A stretch of 43,731 nucleotides of DNA. Source: Escherichia phage vB_EcoP_ACG-C91. The stretch is taken from the sequence record NC_019403.1; one strand, given 5' to 3'. The notes beneath the pieces were generated by a model that had not been told where the DNA came from, ran no database searches, and was given only the letters and a program-made list of their open reading frames with translations. A program made the translations under genes and the position numbers. Shown here in pieces: positions 18,346 through 27,870 of the stretch (positions within the stretch are counted from its first letter, which is position 1; every line of letters starts with the position of its first letter).

Positions 18346-18398
18346 AAAGGGTAGGTATTAGCTTACCCTTGATTGTATAGTGAATGGAGGAATTAATT

Positions 18399-18869
18399 AT
18401 GTCAAAGATTGATATTGGCGAATACGTCGTACGCTGTGCAGCTTACCGAGATGCCAACTGGAATAAACTGTGTGAAAGCCTAGACAAGAAACCAGATGGG
18501 GTATTTAAAGTATCCCGTGCAGAACCTAATTATAACTCTATCATGTTAGAAGGTGTTGAGAAGCGCGAATGGTATGCACCTTACTTCAAGGTTGTTGACT
18601 CATTGCAAGGTGAAGATCCTAGCACGTTGGACAACAATATGGTTACTAAGCCTAAGCACTACGAGTTCTTCGATGGGGTAGAGGTAATCACTATCATTGC
18701 TCGTAGTATGACCGAGAAGCAATTTGCTGGATATTGCATGGGTAATGCTTTGAAGTACCGTCTGCGTGCAGGTAAGAAGTTCAATACTGAAGAAGACCTG
18801 AAGAAAGCAGACTACTACAAAGAATTATTCCAGAAGCATCGTCACGAATGTATTGATGAGGATATTTGA
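18399..18869 (+). CDS. DUF3310-like phage protein (157 aa)
   Basis: KPKHYEFFDGVEVITIIA...YCMGNALKYRLRAGKK resembles the DUF3310 signature (HY...G-IE-I...GN-IKY-xRA-xK) as I recall it; start ATG 18399 with GGAGG RBS. Confidence 0.7.
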   Translation: MSKIDIGEYVVRCAAYRDANWNKLCESLDKKPDGVFKVSRAEPNYNSIMLEGVEKREWYAPYFKVVDSLQGEDPSTLDNNMVTKPKHYEFFDGVEVITIIARSMTEKQFAGYCMGNALKYRLRAGKKFNTEEDLKKADYYKELFQKHRHECIDEDI

Positions 18870-18870
18870 T

Positions 18871-18981
18871 ATGTCTGTATTTAAAATTTGTAAGTGCGGT
18901 TGCCGTTGCAATCTTCGTTGGTGTAAGGCGCTAGATGATGTCATATGGTATTGCCCTAAATGTAATACGGAGTATTTATGA
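18871..18981 (+). CDS. Small Cys-rich zinc-ribbon-like protein (36 aa, 8 Cys)
   Basis: MSVFKICKCGCRCNLRWCKALDDVIWYCPKCNTEYL; GAGGA RBS; stop overlaps ligase ATG (ATGA). Confidence 0.4.
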   Translation: MSVFKICKCGCRCNLRWCKALDDVIWYCPKCNTEYL

Positions 18982-19925
18982 ATATCTTCCAATTCCTAGG
19001 TCTTCCAGAAGACCACCGCAATCACCCATTCATGCTGGTGAAACATCGCGGTGAAGTGCCTGAGAAGAAATTAACTTTTCCATGTTATGCACAGGTAAAA
19101 CGAGATGGTATATTTAGTGCTGTGGTTGTTCGCAACGATGGTGTCGTTGGTGTCTTTGGACGCACTGGAAAGAAACTGGCTAACACGGAAACCTTGGAAG
19201 AATCTTATTCAGCTTTCCCTACTGGCATTTATCTCGGTGAGTTGCAATCTATGGCTATTGATGTCTACCTTGAAGCACTTTCTGGAGTAGTTAACCCTAA
19301 CCGCACTGAGCCACTGGATTTCATAGGCCAGCAGATTAAAGACAACCTGTATATTGACTTCTTCGATATGTTAACTATTAAGGCATTCCATGATGGATTC
19401 ACTGATGTTTCTTATCTCAAACGTTACGATGCTTTACATCGTCGCATCGGCGCTCATCTTAGCGGGTACAACGCTATCCTTCCTATTACTCCTTGCCATA
19501 ATGAGCGAGAAGTTGAAGCGTTTGCGCAAGAGCAAATAGACGCAGGCCGAGAGGGTGCTGTGTTTAAACTGGACTGTGATTATGAAGCAGGCCACAAAGG
19601 TTATCGTCAGACTAAAGAAGTCCGTAAGGTAACTTATGACCTTACTTGTATTGGCTTTGAAGAAGGCAAAGGTAAGTACAAAGGTAAGGTAGCTAACCTC
19701 ATTTTCAAATGGAAAGGAGGCAAGACAATCAAAGCTATGTTAGGTAAAGGGTGGACTCATGCAGATGCAGAACAGATGTTCCACGATATTAAACATGGTG
19801 GACGATTGAATGTCATTGGTAAAATCTTTGAGGTAAAAGGCCTTCAGGATTCAAGCAAGGGCAACATTCGTCTGCCCAAAGCGGGAGAATTAAGACATGA
19901 CAAAGATGAACCAGATTTCTTTTGA
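18978..19925 (+). CDS. ATP-dependent DNA ligase
   Basis: Nucleotidyl-transferase motif I K-x-DG present as AQVKRDGIF; size 315 aa. Confidence 0.85.
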   Translation: MNIFQFLGLPEDHRNHPFMLVKHRGEVPEKKLTFPCYAQVKRDGIFSAVVVRNDGVVGVFGRTGKKLANTETLEESYSAFPTGIYLGELQSMAIDVYLEALSGVVNPNRTEPLDFIGQQIKDNLYIDFFDMLTIKAFHDGFTDVSYLKRYDALHRRIGAHLSGYNAILPITPCHNEREVEAFAQEQIDAGREGAVFKLDCDYEAGHKGYRQTKEVRKVTYDLTCIGFEEGKGKYKGKVANLIFKWKGGKTIKAMLGKGWTHADAEQMFHDIKHGGRLNVIGKIFEVKGLQDSSKGNIRLPKAGELRHDKDEPDFF

Positions 19926-20112
19926 TAGCATGAAGGCAACTCGTGCAGTTGAGGTAGCAGAAGCTATCTTTGAAACTTTATCCTGTGGCATGGAATTGCC
20001 GTATACTTTACTGGCTGATGCAGAAGAGCTTGGTCTTTCTGTAGAAGCTATCCAAGAGAAGGTTGAAGAACTCTATGGTACAGACGAAGAAGAAACCGAC
20101 GATTTCATTTGA
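19897..20112 (+). CDS. Hypothetical acidic protein (71 aa)
   Basis: ORF track; overlaps ligase 3' end. Confidence 0.5.
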   Translation: MTKMNQISFDSMKATRAVEVAEAIFETLSCGMELPYTLLADAEELGLSVEAIQEKVEELYGTDEEETDDFI

Positions 20113-20116
20113 GGGT

Positions 20117-20245
20117 ATGGAGATGCTTGAGATGATTCTCAAGCCTTCTTCTCCTAAGGTGACTAAGACTCACGAAGAATTAATCGTAGATGAAGTGAAG
20201 CGTTACATTATGGATTGTGTTAGAGCACAACTGGTGGTCCAATGA
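20117..20245 (+). CDS. Hypothetical protein (about 42 aa from ATG 20117; ORF track gives 20063..20245)
   Basis: In-frame ATG just after stop of previous ORF; start uncertain. Confidence 0.4.
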   Translation: MEMLEMILKPSSPKVTKTHEELIVDEVKRYIMDCVRAQLVVQ

Positions 20246-20703
20246 TACGTCCAGCTTCATTCCTAGATATTCCTGAGATTATAAACCTTGGGAATAAATA
20301 TGTGGAAGAGGAAGTCAAGGTTGTAGCCCACCACTCAGCCTCATGGAATGCAGAACAAAGCGCACATAACCTTTGTGCATCTCTTAGTAGAGAAGATTTA
20401 TTCCTATGGGTTGCTGTAGATGAAGGGCAGATTGTAGGTTTTCTGTGGGCTGGATATCACGAGTTAGCCCCTTGGACACCTGTAAGAGTTGCATCTGACA
20501 TTCTCTTTTATATTGTACCAGAGAAGCGAGGGACACTGCTCGGTATGCGCCTCATCAAAGCCTTGAAGCAATGGGCTAACGATAGTAGGTGTTCCGAGGT
20601 TCGCCTGTCTATCGCTTCTGGTATTAATGAAGAACGTGTCGGACGTATGTATAAGCGACTTGGCTTTGAACAGTTTGGCACTGTGTATAACCTGAAGTTC
20701 TAA
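20242..20703 (+). CDS. GNAT-family N-acetyltransferase
   Basis: 153 aa; beta-strand/acetyl-CoA motif QIVGFLWAG ... EKRGTLLGMRLIKALKQWA (R-G-x-x-x-G-x-x-L pattern of GNAT motif A); typical GNAT length. Confidence 0.8.
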   Translation: MIRPASFLDIPEIINLGNKYVEEEVKVVAHHSASWNAEQSAHNLCASLSREDLFLWVAVDEGQIVGFLWAGYHELAPWTPVRVASDILFYIVPEKRGTLLGMRLIKALKQWANDSRCSEVRLSIASGINEERVGRMYKRLGFEQFGTVYNLKF

Positions 20704-20712
20704 GGAGATCAC

Positions 20713-20922
20713 ATGGGTATTGTAAAGAAAGCATTTAAGGCTGTTGGTCTTACTCAAGATGCACCGCGTATTGAAGCCAAGGTTCCTGCACAGCAGCTTG
20801 AGCGTAAGCCTGAGACTGAAGCTGAAGATATACAGATTGGTGCAGGTGATGATGATGCGACTGCATCTGCAAAAGGTAAGCGCGGGCTTGTCCGTCCGGT
20901 AGCTTCTAGCTTGAAGGTGTAA
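20713..20922 (+). CDS. Small hydrophilic protein (69 aa), possibly gp6.7-like virion/morphogenesis protein
   Basis: ORF track; AAGGAG RBS; composition and position before portal resemble T7 gp6.7. Confidence 0.65.
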   Translation: MGIVKKAFKAVGLTQDAPRIEAKVPAQQLERKPETEAEDIQIGAGDDDATASAKGKRGLVRPVASSLKV

Positions 20923-20923
20923 T

Positions 20924-22474
20924 ATGAAACAGAGCACAGATTTGGAGTATGGAGGTAAGCGGTCTAAGATACCTAAGCTATGGGAGAAGTTCTCCACTAA
21001 ACGTAGCTCTTTCCTTGATAGGGCGAAGCATTACTCCAAATTAACCTTGCCCTATCTGATGAATGACAAAGGTGATAACGAGACTTCGCAGAACGGATGG
21101 CAAGGTGTAGGTGCTCAGGCAACTAACCACCTAGCCAACAAGCTAGCGCAAGTGCTATTCCCTGCACAGCGCTCCTTCTTCCGTGTAGACCTAACTGCAC
21201 AAGGTGAGAAGATTCTTAATCAGCGTGGCCTGAAGAAGACAGAGCTAGCTACTATCTTTGCTCAAGTGGAAACACGGGCAATGAAAGAGTTAGAGCAACG
21301 TCAATTCCGGCCTGCTGTAGTAGAAGCATTCAAGCATCTTATTGTTGCTGGTAGCTGTATGCTATACAAGCCAAGCAAAGGTGCAATCAGTGCAATCCCA
21401 ATGCATCACTATGTAGTTAATCGTGACACTAATGGCGACCTGTTAGACATTATCTTACTGCAAGAAAAATCCTTGCGTACATTTGACCCTGCTACACGTG
21501 CTGTAGTAGAGGTTGGCTTGAAAGGTAAGAAATGCAAGGAAGATGACAGCATTAAGCTGTACACACATGCTAAGTATCTTGGTGAGGGTTTTTGGGAACT
21601 CAAGCAATCTGCTGATGATATCCCTGTTGGTAAGGTAAGTAAAATCAAATCAGAAAAGCTACCATTTATCCCGCTAACTTGGAAGCGAAGCTATGGTGAG
21701 GATTGGGGTCGTCCTTTAGCAGAGGATTACTCCGGTGATTTATTCGTTATCCAATTCCTGTCTGAAGCAATTGCCCGTGGTGCTGCACTGATGGCAGATA
21801 TTAAGTACTTGATTCGTCCTGGTGCTCAGACTGATGTTGACCACTTTGTTAACTCTGGCACTGGTGAGGTTGTCACTGGTGTAGAAGAAGACATCCATAT
21901 TGTACAGTTAGGTAAGTATGCAGACCTCACACCTATTAGTGCGGTTCTAGAGGTGTACACTCGCCGTATCGGTGTCGTATTCATGATGGAGACGATGACA
22001 CGCCGTGATGCCGAACGTGTTACTGCTGTAGAAATCCAGCGAGATGCGTTAGAGATTGAGCAGAACATGGGCGGTGTATATTCCCTCTTTGCTACTACTA
22101 TGCAATCGCCAGTAGCGATGTGGGGTCTGCTGGAGGCAGGTGATTCATTCACTAGTGACCTAGTTGACCCTGTGATTATCACAGGCATTGAAGCATTAGG
22201 GCGCATGGCTGAACTGGATAAGCTGGCAAACTTCGCTCAGTACATGTCACTGCCTTTGCAATGGCCTGAGCCTGTCCTAGCTGCTGTGAAGTGGCCTGAT
22301 TACATGGATTGGGTACGTGGTCAAATCTCTGCTGAACTGCCATTCCTTAAATCGACTGAAGAGATGGAGCAAGAACAGGAAGCGCAGATGCAAGCACAGC
22401 AAGCACAGATGCTTGAAGAAGGTGTGGCTAAGGCCATTCCGGGTGTAATTCAACAAGAACTTAAGGAGGCGTAA
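20924..22474 (+). CDS. Portal (head-tail connector) protein
   Basis: 516 aa ORF immediately upstream of scaffold and capsid genes, T7 gp8-like size and position. Confidence 0.8.
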   Translation: MKQSTDLEYGGKRSKIPKLWEKFSTKRSSFLDRAKHYSKLTLPYLMNDKGDNETSQNGWQGVGAQATNHLANKLAQVLFPAQRSFFRVDLTAQGEKILNQRGLKKTELATIFAQVETRAMKELEQRQFRPAVVEAFKHLIVAGSCMLYKPSKGAISAIPMHHYVVNRDTNGDLLDIILLQEKSLRTFDPATRAVVEVGLKGKKCKEDDSIKLYTHAKYLGEGFWELKQSADDIPVGKVSKIKSEKLPFIPLTWKRSYGEDWGRPLAEDYSGDLFVIQFLSEAIARGAALMADIKYLIRPGAQTDVDHFVNSGTGEVVTGVEEDIHIVQLGKYADLTPISAVLEVYTRRIGVVFMMETMTRRDAERVTAVEIQRDALEIEQNMGGVYSLFATTMQSPVAMWGLLEAGDSFTSDLVDPVIITGIEALGRMAELDKLANFAQYMSLPLQWPEPVLAAVKWPDYMDWVRGQISAELPFLKSTEEMEQEQEAQMQAQQAQMLEEGVAKAIPGVIQQELKEA

Positions 22475-23394
22475 TGTCTTTCTCATTTACTGAACCGTCA
22501 ACCACTCATCCTATTGCTGAAGACAATCCGGTAGAAACCAAGGAGGTATCAACTGATGCTACTACTAATGATGTTCATGCTGATACTAGCACTGATGTAC
22601 AAGATGACAATGCTAGTACACAACCTGCTGAAGACACCAGAGGAGAAACTACTGGACAGCCTTCAGAAGCAGGAGACAATGGCGGAGAGAATGGTGAGTC
22701 TAGGCCAGATGATACCACGACCGACACTGAGGAAGTGCAATATTTCTTCGGAGAACATGAAGTAACAGTAGATATACCGCAGGATGTTACTGATAGCCTT
22801 AAGGAGAAGGGTATTGACGCTAAGCAGGTTGCCAAGGAACTCTATGCCAAAGATGGCAAGTTTGAACTGTCGGATGCAACCAAGCAAAAGCTGTATGATG
22901 CTTTTGGCAAGTTTGCGGTAGATGCTTACTTGTCCGGCCTTAAGGCACAGAACGAAGCCTTCTTCCTGAAAGAAGCCAACGCAGCTAAAGAGTTGGAAGC
23001 AGCTAATACTCAGCGATTCTCTGATGTTTCTAAGGAAGTTGGTGGCGAAGAAGGTTGGTCCCGCCTTGAGGCATGGGCGCTTGAAGCACTGTCCGATGAC
23101 GAACTAACGGCCTTCAATGCGGTGATGGAGTCTGGCAACCAGTACTTACAGCAATACGCTGTGCGTGAACTGGAAAGCCGCCGTAAGGCTGCACAAGGTG
23201 ATGACAAGCCAAACCTGATTGAACCTTCTACACCTGCTGCTGCATCTGAAGATAATGGGCCTCTTTCTCGTGAGCAATACCTGCGTGAGATGATGACCCT
23301 TAGCTCTCGCTTCGGTACAGACAAGAAAGCTGCTGCTGAGTATCAGGCTAAACTGGATGCTCGTCGCCGTGCTGGTATGGCTCGCGGACTCTAA
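22474..23394 (+). CDS. Capsid assembly (scaffolding) protein
   Basis: 306 aa, highly acidic N-terminal region, between portal and capsid as T7 gp9; AAGGAGG RBS. Confidence 0.7.
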   Translation: MSFSFTEPSTTHPIAEDNPVETKEVSTDATTNDVHADTSTDVQDDNASTQPAEDTRGETTGQPSEAGDNGGENGESRPDDTTTDTEEVQYFFGEHEVTVDIPQDVTDSLKEKGIDAKQVAKELYAKDGKFELSDATKQKLYDAFGKFAVDAYLSGLKAQNEAFFLKEANAAKELEAANTQRFSDVSKEVGGEEGWSRLEAWALEALSDDELTAFNAVMESGNQYLQQYAVRELESRRKAAQGDDKPNLIEPSTPAAASEDNGPLSREQYLREMMTLSSRFGTDKKAAAEYQAKLDARRRAGMARGL

Positions 23395-23399
23395 TCAGT

Positions 23400-23420
23400 A
23401 TTTACTGGACACTATAGAAG
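23400..23420 (+). promoter_or_regulatory. Phage-RNAP promoter upstream of capsid gene
   Basis: ATTTACTGGACACTATAGAAG exact consensus followed by strong RBS. Confidence 0.8.
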
Positions 23421-23470
23421 GGAGGAATGTCTCCCTAAATTATCAATTTGATTTATAAGGAGGTTTATTA

Positions 23471-24676
23471 ATGTCTACACCGAATACTCTGACCAACGTT
23501 GCAGTCTCCGCTTCCGGTGAGGTAGACAGCCTGCTCATTGAGAAATTCAATGGTAAGGTAAATGAGCAGTACCTGAAAGGTGAGAACATCATGTCCTACT
23601 TCGATGTTCAGACTGTTACTGGTACTAACACGGTAAGCAACAAATACTTGGGTGAAACAGAGTTGCAGGTTTTGGCACCGGGTCAGTCTCCGGCTGCAAC
23701 CTCTACTCAGGCCGATAAAAACCAGCTGGTAATTGATGCCACTGTTATTGCTCGTAACACCGTTGCACACCTGCATGATGTACAGGGTGATATTGACAGC
23801 CTGAAACCTAAGCTGGCTACCAACCAAGCTAAGCAGCTTAAGAAGATGGAAGATGAAATGCTGATTCAGCAGATGCTGCTGGGTGGTATTGCTAACACTC
23901 AGGCTAAGCGTACTAACCCTCGTGTGAAAGGTCATGGCTTCTCTGTCAACGTGGAGGTCAATGAAAGCGAAGCACTGGTTAACCCGCAGTATGTAATGGC
24001 GGCTGTAGAGTTTGCTCTTGAGCAGCAGCTTGAGCAGGAAGTAGACATCTCTGATGTAGCTATCCTGATGCCGTGGCGCTACTTCAACGTACTACGTGAT
24101 GCAGACCGTATTGTTGATAAGAGCTACACCATTAGCCAGTCTGGTGCTACCATTCAAGGCTTTGTGCTTTCTTCTTACAACTGCCCTGTTATCCCGTCTA
24201 ACCGCTTCCCGAAATACTCTCAAAGCCAGAAACATCACCTGCTGTCCAATGAAGACAACGGTTATCGTTATGACCCGACCGCAGAGATGAATGGTGCTAT
24301 CGCTGTACTGTTCACAGCTGACGCTCTGCTTGTGGGTCGTTCTATTGATGTAACCGGTGATATCTTCTATGAGAAGAAAGAGAAGACCTACTACATTGAT
24401 ACTTTCATGTCTGAAGGTGCAATCCCTGATCGCTGGGAAGCAGTGTCTGTTGTGACAACTAAGCGTAACACATCTACTGGGGCTGCTGAGAGTACTGGTG
24501 GAGCACAGCACACTCAGGTTCTGAACCGTGCACAGCGCAAAGCTGTCTACGTCAAGAATGCTGCTCCGGCAGGTGCTGCCGCTGCTGCTAGCCTGTCTGC
24601 TGAAGACTTGGTTGCTGCTGTCCGTGCTGTAATGGCAAATGACATTAAGCCGACTGCAATGAAACCTATTGAGTAA
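23471..24676 (+). CDS. Major capsid protein
   Basis: 401 aa; strong promoter + TAAGGAGG RBS upstream and strong terminator downstream; position equals T7 gene 10. Confidence 0.9.
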   Translation: MSTPNTLTNVAVSASGEVDSLLIEKFNGKVNEQYLKGENIMSYFDVQTVTGTNTVSNKYLGETELQVLAPGQSPAATSTQADKNQLVIDATVIARNTVAHLHDVQGDIDSLKPKLATNQAKQLKKMEDEMLIQQMLLGGIANTQAKRTNPRVKGHGFSVNVEVNESEALVNPQYVMAAVEFALEQQLEQEVDISDVAILMPWRYFNVLRDADRIVDKSYTISQSGATIQGFVLSSYNCPVIPSNRFPKYSQSQKHHLLSNEDNGYRYDPTAEMNGAIAVLFTADALLVGRSIDVTGDIFYEKKEKTYYIDTFMSEGAIPDRWEAVSVVTTKRNTSTGAAESTGGAQHTQVLNRAQRKAVYVKNAAPAGAAAAASLSAEDLVAAVRAVMANDIKPTAMKPIE

Positions 24677-24684
24677 TACCTATG

Positions 24685-24720
24685 CCCTATCTACCTTGCG
24701 TAGGTAGGGTTCTTTTTGTT
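24685..24720 (+). terminator. Rho-independent terminator after capsid gene
   Basis: 9-bp stem CCCUAUCUA/UAGGUAGGG, 7-nt loop, then UUCUUUUUGUU. Confidence 0.8.
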
Positions 24721-24730
24721 AGGAGGATTC

Positions 24731-25468
24731 ATGCCTGTAATTAGACAAACCAGTAAAGTAGGACATATGATGGAAGATGTGGCCTTCCAGATTATTGATA
24801 GTAAGCTGGAAGCGGTAAACTTGTGTATGCGAGCTATTGGTCGTGAGGGTGTGGATTCTCTCGACTCAGGTGACTTGGACGCAGAAGATGCAAGCAAGAT
24901 GATCGACATCGTATCCCAGCGATTCCAGTACAACAAAGGAGGTGGCTGGTGGTTCAATCGTGAACCAAACTGGCAGATTGCACCTGATACCAATGGTGAA
25001 GTCAATCTACCTAACAACTGCCTAGCAGTATTGCAGTGTTATGCTTTGGGTGAGAAGAAAGTACCCATGACTATGCGAGCAGGCAAGCTCTACTCTACAT
25101 GGAGTCATACCTTTGATATGCGTAAGCATGTGAATGCTAATGGTGTGATTCGTCTTACCTTACTTACCTTACTTCCATATGAGCATCTACCTACTAGTGT
25201 AATGCAGGCTATTGCCTATCAAGCTGCTGTAGAGTTTATTGTATCTAAGGATGCAGATAAGACTAAGCTAGCCACTGCACAGCAGATTGCCACTCAGCTT
25301 CTTATGGATGTGCAATCTGAACAAATGTCACAAAAGCGATTGAATGTGCTTGTGCATAATCCTACGCAGCGTCAGTTCGGTATTATGGCGGGTGGCTCTC
25401 AGAATGTACCTGCTTACTCTCATTCACCATATGATAGCTGGGCACTTCGTCCTTGGGAGGATCGCTAA
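24731..25468 (+). CDS. Tail tubular protein A (gp11-like)
   Basis: ATG 24731 with AGGAGG RBS (ORF track 24716 start lies inside the terminator); position after capsid. Confidence 0.75.
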   Translation: MPVIRQTSKVGHMMEDVAFQIIDSKLEAVNLCMRAIGREGVDSLDSGDLDAEDASKMIDIVSQRFQYNKGGGWWFNREPNWQIAPDTNGEVNLPNNCLAVLQCYALGEKKVPMTMRAGKLYSTWSHTFDMRKHVNANGVIRLTLLTLLPYEHLPTSVMQAIAYQAAVEFIVSKDADKTKLATAQQIATQLLMDVQSEQMSQKRLNVLVHNPTQRQFGIMAGGSQNVPAYSHSPYDSWALRPWEDR

Positions 25469-27870
25469 TGGAAGTACAAGGTTCATTAGGGAGGCAAATC
25501 CAAGGGATTAGCCAGCAACCCCCAGCAGTACGTCTTGACGGTCAATGCACGACTATGGTGAACATGGTCCCTGATGTAGTGAATGGGACTCAATCCCGCA
25601 TGGGTACAACTCACATTGCTAAGCTCTTGGATGAAGGTACAGATAATATGGCAACGCACCATTATCGCAGAGGCGAGGGGGATGAAGAGTATTTCTTCAC
25701 CTTAAAGAAAGGGCAAGTGCCAGAGATATTTGATAAGCATGGACGCAAGTGCAACGTCACCTCTCAAGATGCACCTAGGACCTACCTTTCTGAAGTTGTT
25801 AACCCAAGGGAAGATGTGCAATTCATGACTATAGCTGATGTTACTTTCATGCTTAACCGTAGGAAAGTGGTTAAAGTTAGTAATAGGAAGTCACCTAAAG
25901 TTGGAGATAAAGCCATTGTGTTTTGTGCATATGGTCAATACGGTACATCTTATTCCATCATAATTAATGGAACTACGGCGGCTAGTTTTAAAACACCAGA
26001 TGGTGGAAGTGCAGACCACGTTGAACAAATTCGAACGGAACGTATCACTTCTGAATTGTACTCCAAGTTACAGCAATGGAGCGGTGTAGGCGACTATGAA
26101 ATACAAAAAGATGGTACGAGTATATTTATAGAGAGACGTGATGGTACAAGTTTCACAGTGACAACTACTGATGGTGCAAAAGGTAAGGATTTAGTGGCTA
26201 TCAAGAATAAAGTTAGCTCTACTGACCTACTCCCTTCTCGTGCGCCTGCGGGTTATAAAGTGCAAGTGTGGCCTACTGGCAGTAAACCTGAGTCCCGCTA
26301 CTGGCTGCAAGCTGAGCCTAAAGAGGGAAACCTCGTGTCTTGGAAAGAAACAATAGCTGCCGATGTATTACTTGGGTTTGATAAAGGAACAATGCCTTAC
26401 ATCATTGAACGTACAGGTATCATTGACGGCATAGCTCAATTCAAGATAAGACAAGGTGATTGGGAAGACCGTAAAGTGGGGGACGACCTGACTAACCCTA
26501 TGCCTTCTTTTATTGATGAGGAAGTACCTCAGACAATAGGTGGGATGTTCATGGTGCAGAACCGTCTATGCTTTACAGCAGGTGAAGCAGTTATTGCCTC
26601 CCGTACATCTTACTTCTTCGATTTCTTCCGCTATACGGTTATCTCTGCATTGGCAACTGACCCATTTGACATCTTCTCAGATGCGAGTGAGGTTTACCAG
26701 CTAAAACATGCAGTGACCTTAGACGGCGCTACCGTGTTGTTCTCTGATAAGTCACAATTCATACTGCCAGGCGACAAGCCTTTAGAGAAGTCAAATGCAT
26801 TGCTTAAGCCTGTTACAACATTTGAAGTGAACAATAAAGTGAAGCCAGTGGTAACTGGTGAATCGGTAATGTTTGCCACTAATGAGGGTTCTTACTCTGG
26901 TGTACGAGAGTTCTATACAGACTCTTATAGTGACACTAAGAAGGCACAAGCAATCACAAGTCATGTGAATAAACTCATCGAAGGTAACATTACCAACATG
27001 GCAGCAAGCACCAATGTCAACAGGTTACTTGTCACTACCGATAAGTATCGTAACATAATCTACTGCTACGATTGGTTATGGCAAGGAACAGACCGTGTAC
27101 AATCAGCATGGCATGTATGGAAGTGGCCTATAGGTACAAAGGTGCGAGGTATGTTTTATTCTGGTGAATTACTTTACCTGCTCCTTGAGCGAGGAGATGG
27201 CGTATATCTGGAGAAGATGGACATGGGTGATGCACTAACCTACGGTTTGAATGACCGCATCAGAATGGATAGGCAAGCAGAGTTAGTCTTCAAGCATTTT
27301 AAAGCAGAAGATGAATGGGTGTCTGAACCTCTTCCTTGGACTCCTACTAACCCAGAGCTTTTGGATTGCATCTTAATAGACGGATGGGGTTCATATATTG
27401 GTGGTTCTTTCCTATTCAAATACAACCCCGGTGATAACACCTTGTCTACAACCTTTGATATGCATGATGATAGCCACGTAAAAGCGAAGGTTATTGTTGG
27501 TCAGATTTACCCTCAAGAGTTTGAACCAACACCTGTAGTTATCAGAGATAGGCAAGACCGTGTATCCTATATTGATGTACCTGTTGTGGGGTTGGTTCAC
27601 CTTAATCTTGATATGTACCCTGATTTCTCCGTGGAGGTTAAGAATGCGAAGAGTGGTAAAGTACGCAGGGTGCTAGCGTCAAACCGTATAGGTGGTGCTC
27701 TCAACAATACAGTAGGTTATGTTGAACCAAGAGAAGGTGTCTTCAGATTCCCACTGAGAGCTAAGAGTACGGATGCTGTTTATCGTATTATTGTAGAATC
27801 ACCTCACACATTCCAGCTCCGCGATATTGAGTGGGAAGGTAGTTATAATCCAACTAGAAGGAGAGTCTAA
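25468..27870 (+). CDS. Tail tubular protein B (gp12-like)
   Basis: 800 aa from ATG 25468 (GGGAGG RBS, overlaps upstream stop); size and position as T7 gp12. Confidence 0.8.
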   Translation: MEVQGSLGRQIQGISQQPPAVRLDGQCTTMVNMVPDVVNGTQSRMGTTHIAKLLDEGTDNMATHHYRRGEGDEEYFFTLKKGQVPEIFDKHGRKCNVTSQDAPRTYLSEVVNPREDVQFMTIADVTFMLNRRKVVKVSNRKSPKVGDKAIVFCAYGQYGTSYSIIINGTTAASFKTPDGGSADHVEQIRTERITSELYSKLQQWSGVGDYEIQKDGTSIFIERRDGTSFTVTTTDGAKGKDLVAIKNKVSSTDLLPSRAPAGYKVQVWPTGSKPESRYWLQAEPKEGNLVSWKETIAADVLLGFDKGTMPYIIERTGIIDGIAQFKIRQGDWEDRKVGDDLTNPMPSFIDEEVPQTIGGMFMVQNRLCFTAGEAVIASRTSYFFDFFRYTVISALATDPFDIFSDASEVYQLKHAVTLDGATVLFSDKSQFILPGDKPLEKSNALLKPVTTFEVNNKVKPVVTGESVMFATNEGSYSGVREFYTDSYSDTKKAQAITSHVNKLIEGNITNMAASTNVNRLLVTTDKYRNIIYCYDWLWQGTDRVQSAWHVWKWPIGTKVRGMFYSGELLYLLLERGDGVYLEKMDMGDALTYGLNDRIRMDRQAELVFKHFKAEDEWVSEPLPWTPTNPELLDCILIDGWGSYIGGSFLFKYNPGDNTLSTTFDMHDDSHVKAKVIVGQIYPQEFEPTPVVIRDRQDRVSYIDVPVVGLVHLNLDMYPDFSVEVKNAKSGKVRRVLASNRIGGALNNTVGYVEPREGVFRFPLRAKSTDAVYRIIVESPHTFQLRDIEWEGSYNPTRRRV

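Noticed and set aside
20464-20997. 177-aa ORF on the minus strand
   Set aside because: Antisense to the GNAT and gp6.7-like genes and to the portal start; no RBS or homology; likely spurious
23471-24720. Programmed -1 frameshift extension of the capsid gene (as T7 10A/10B)
   Set aside because: Capsid ORF is followed immediately by a strong terminator with no extended overlapping ORF; no slippery heptamer checked convincingly
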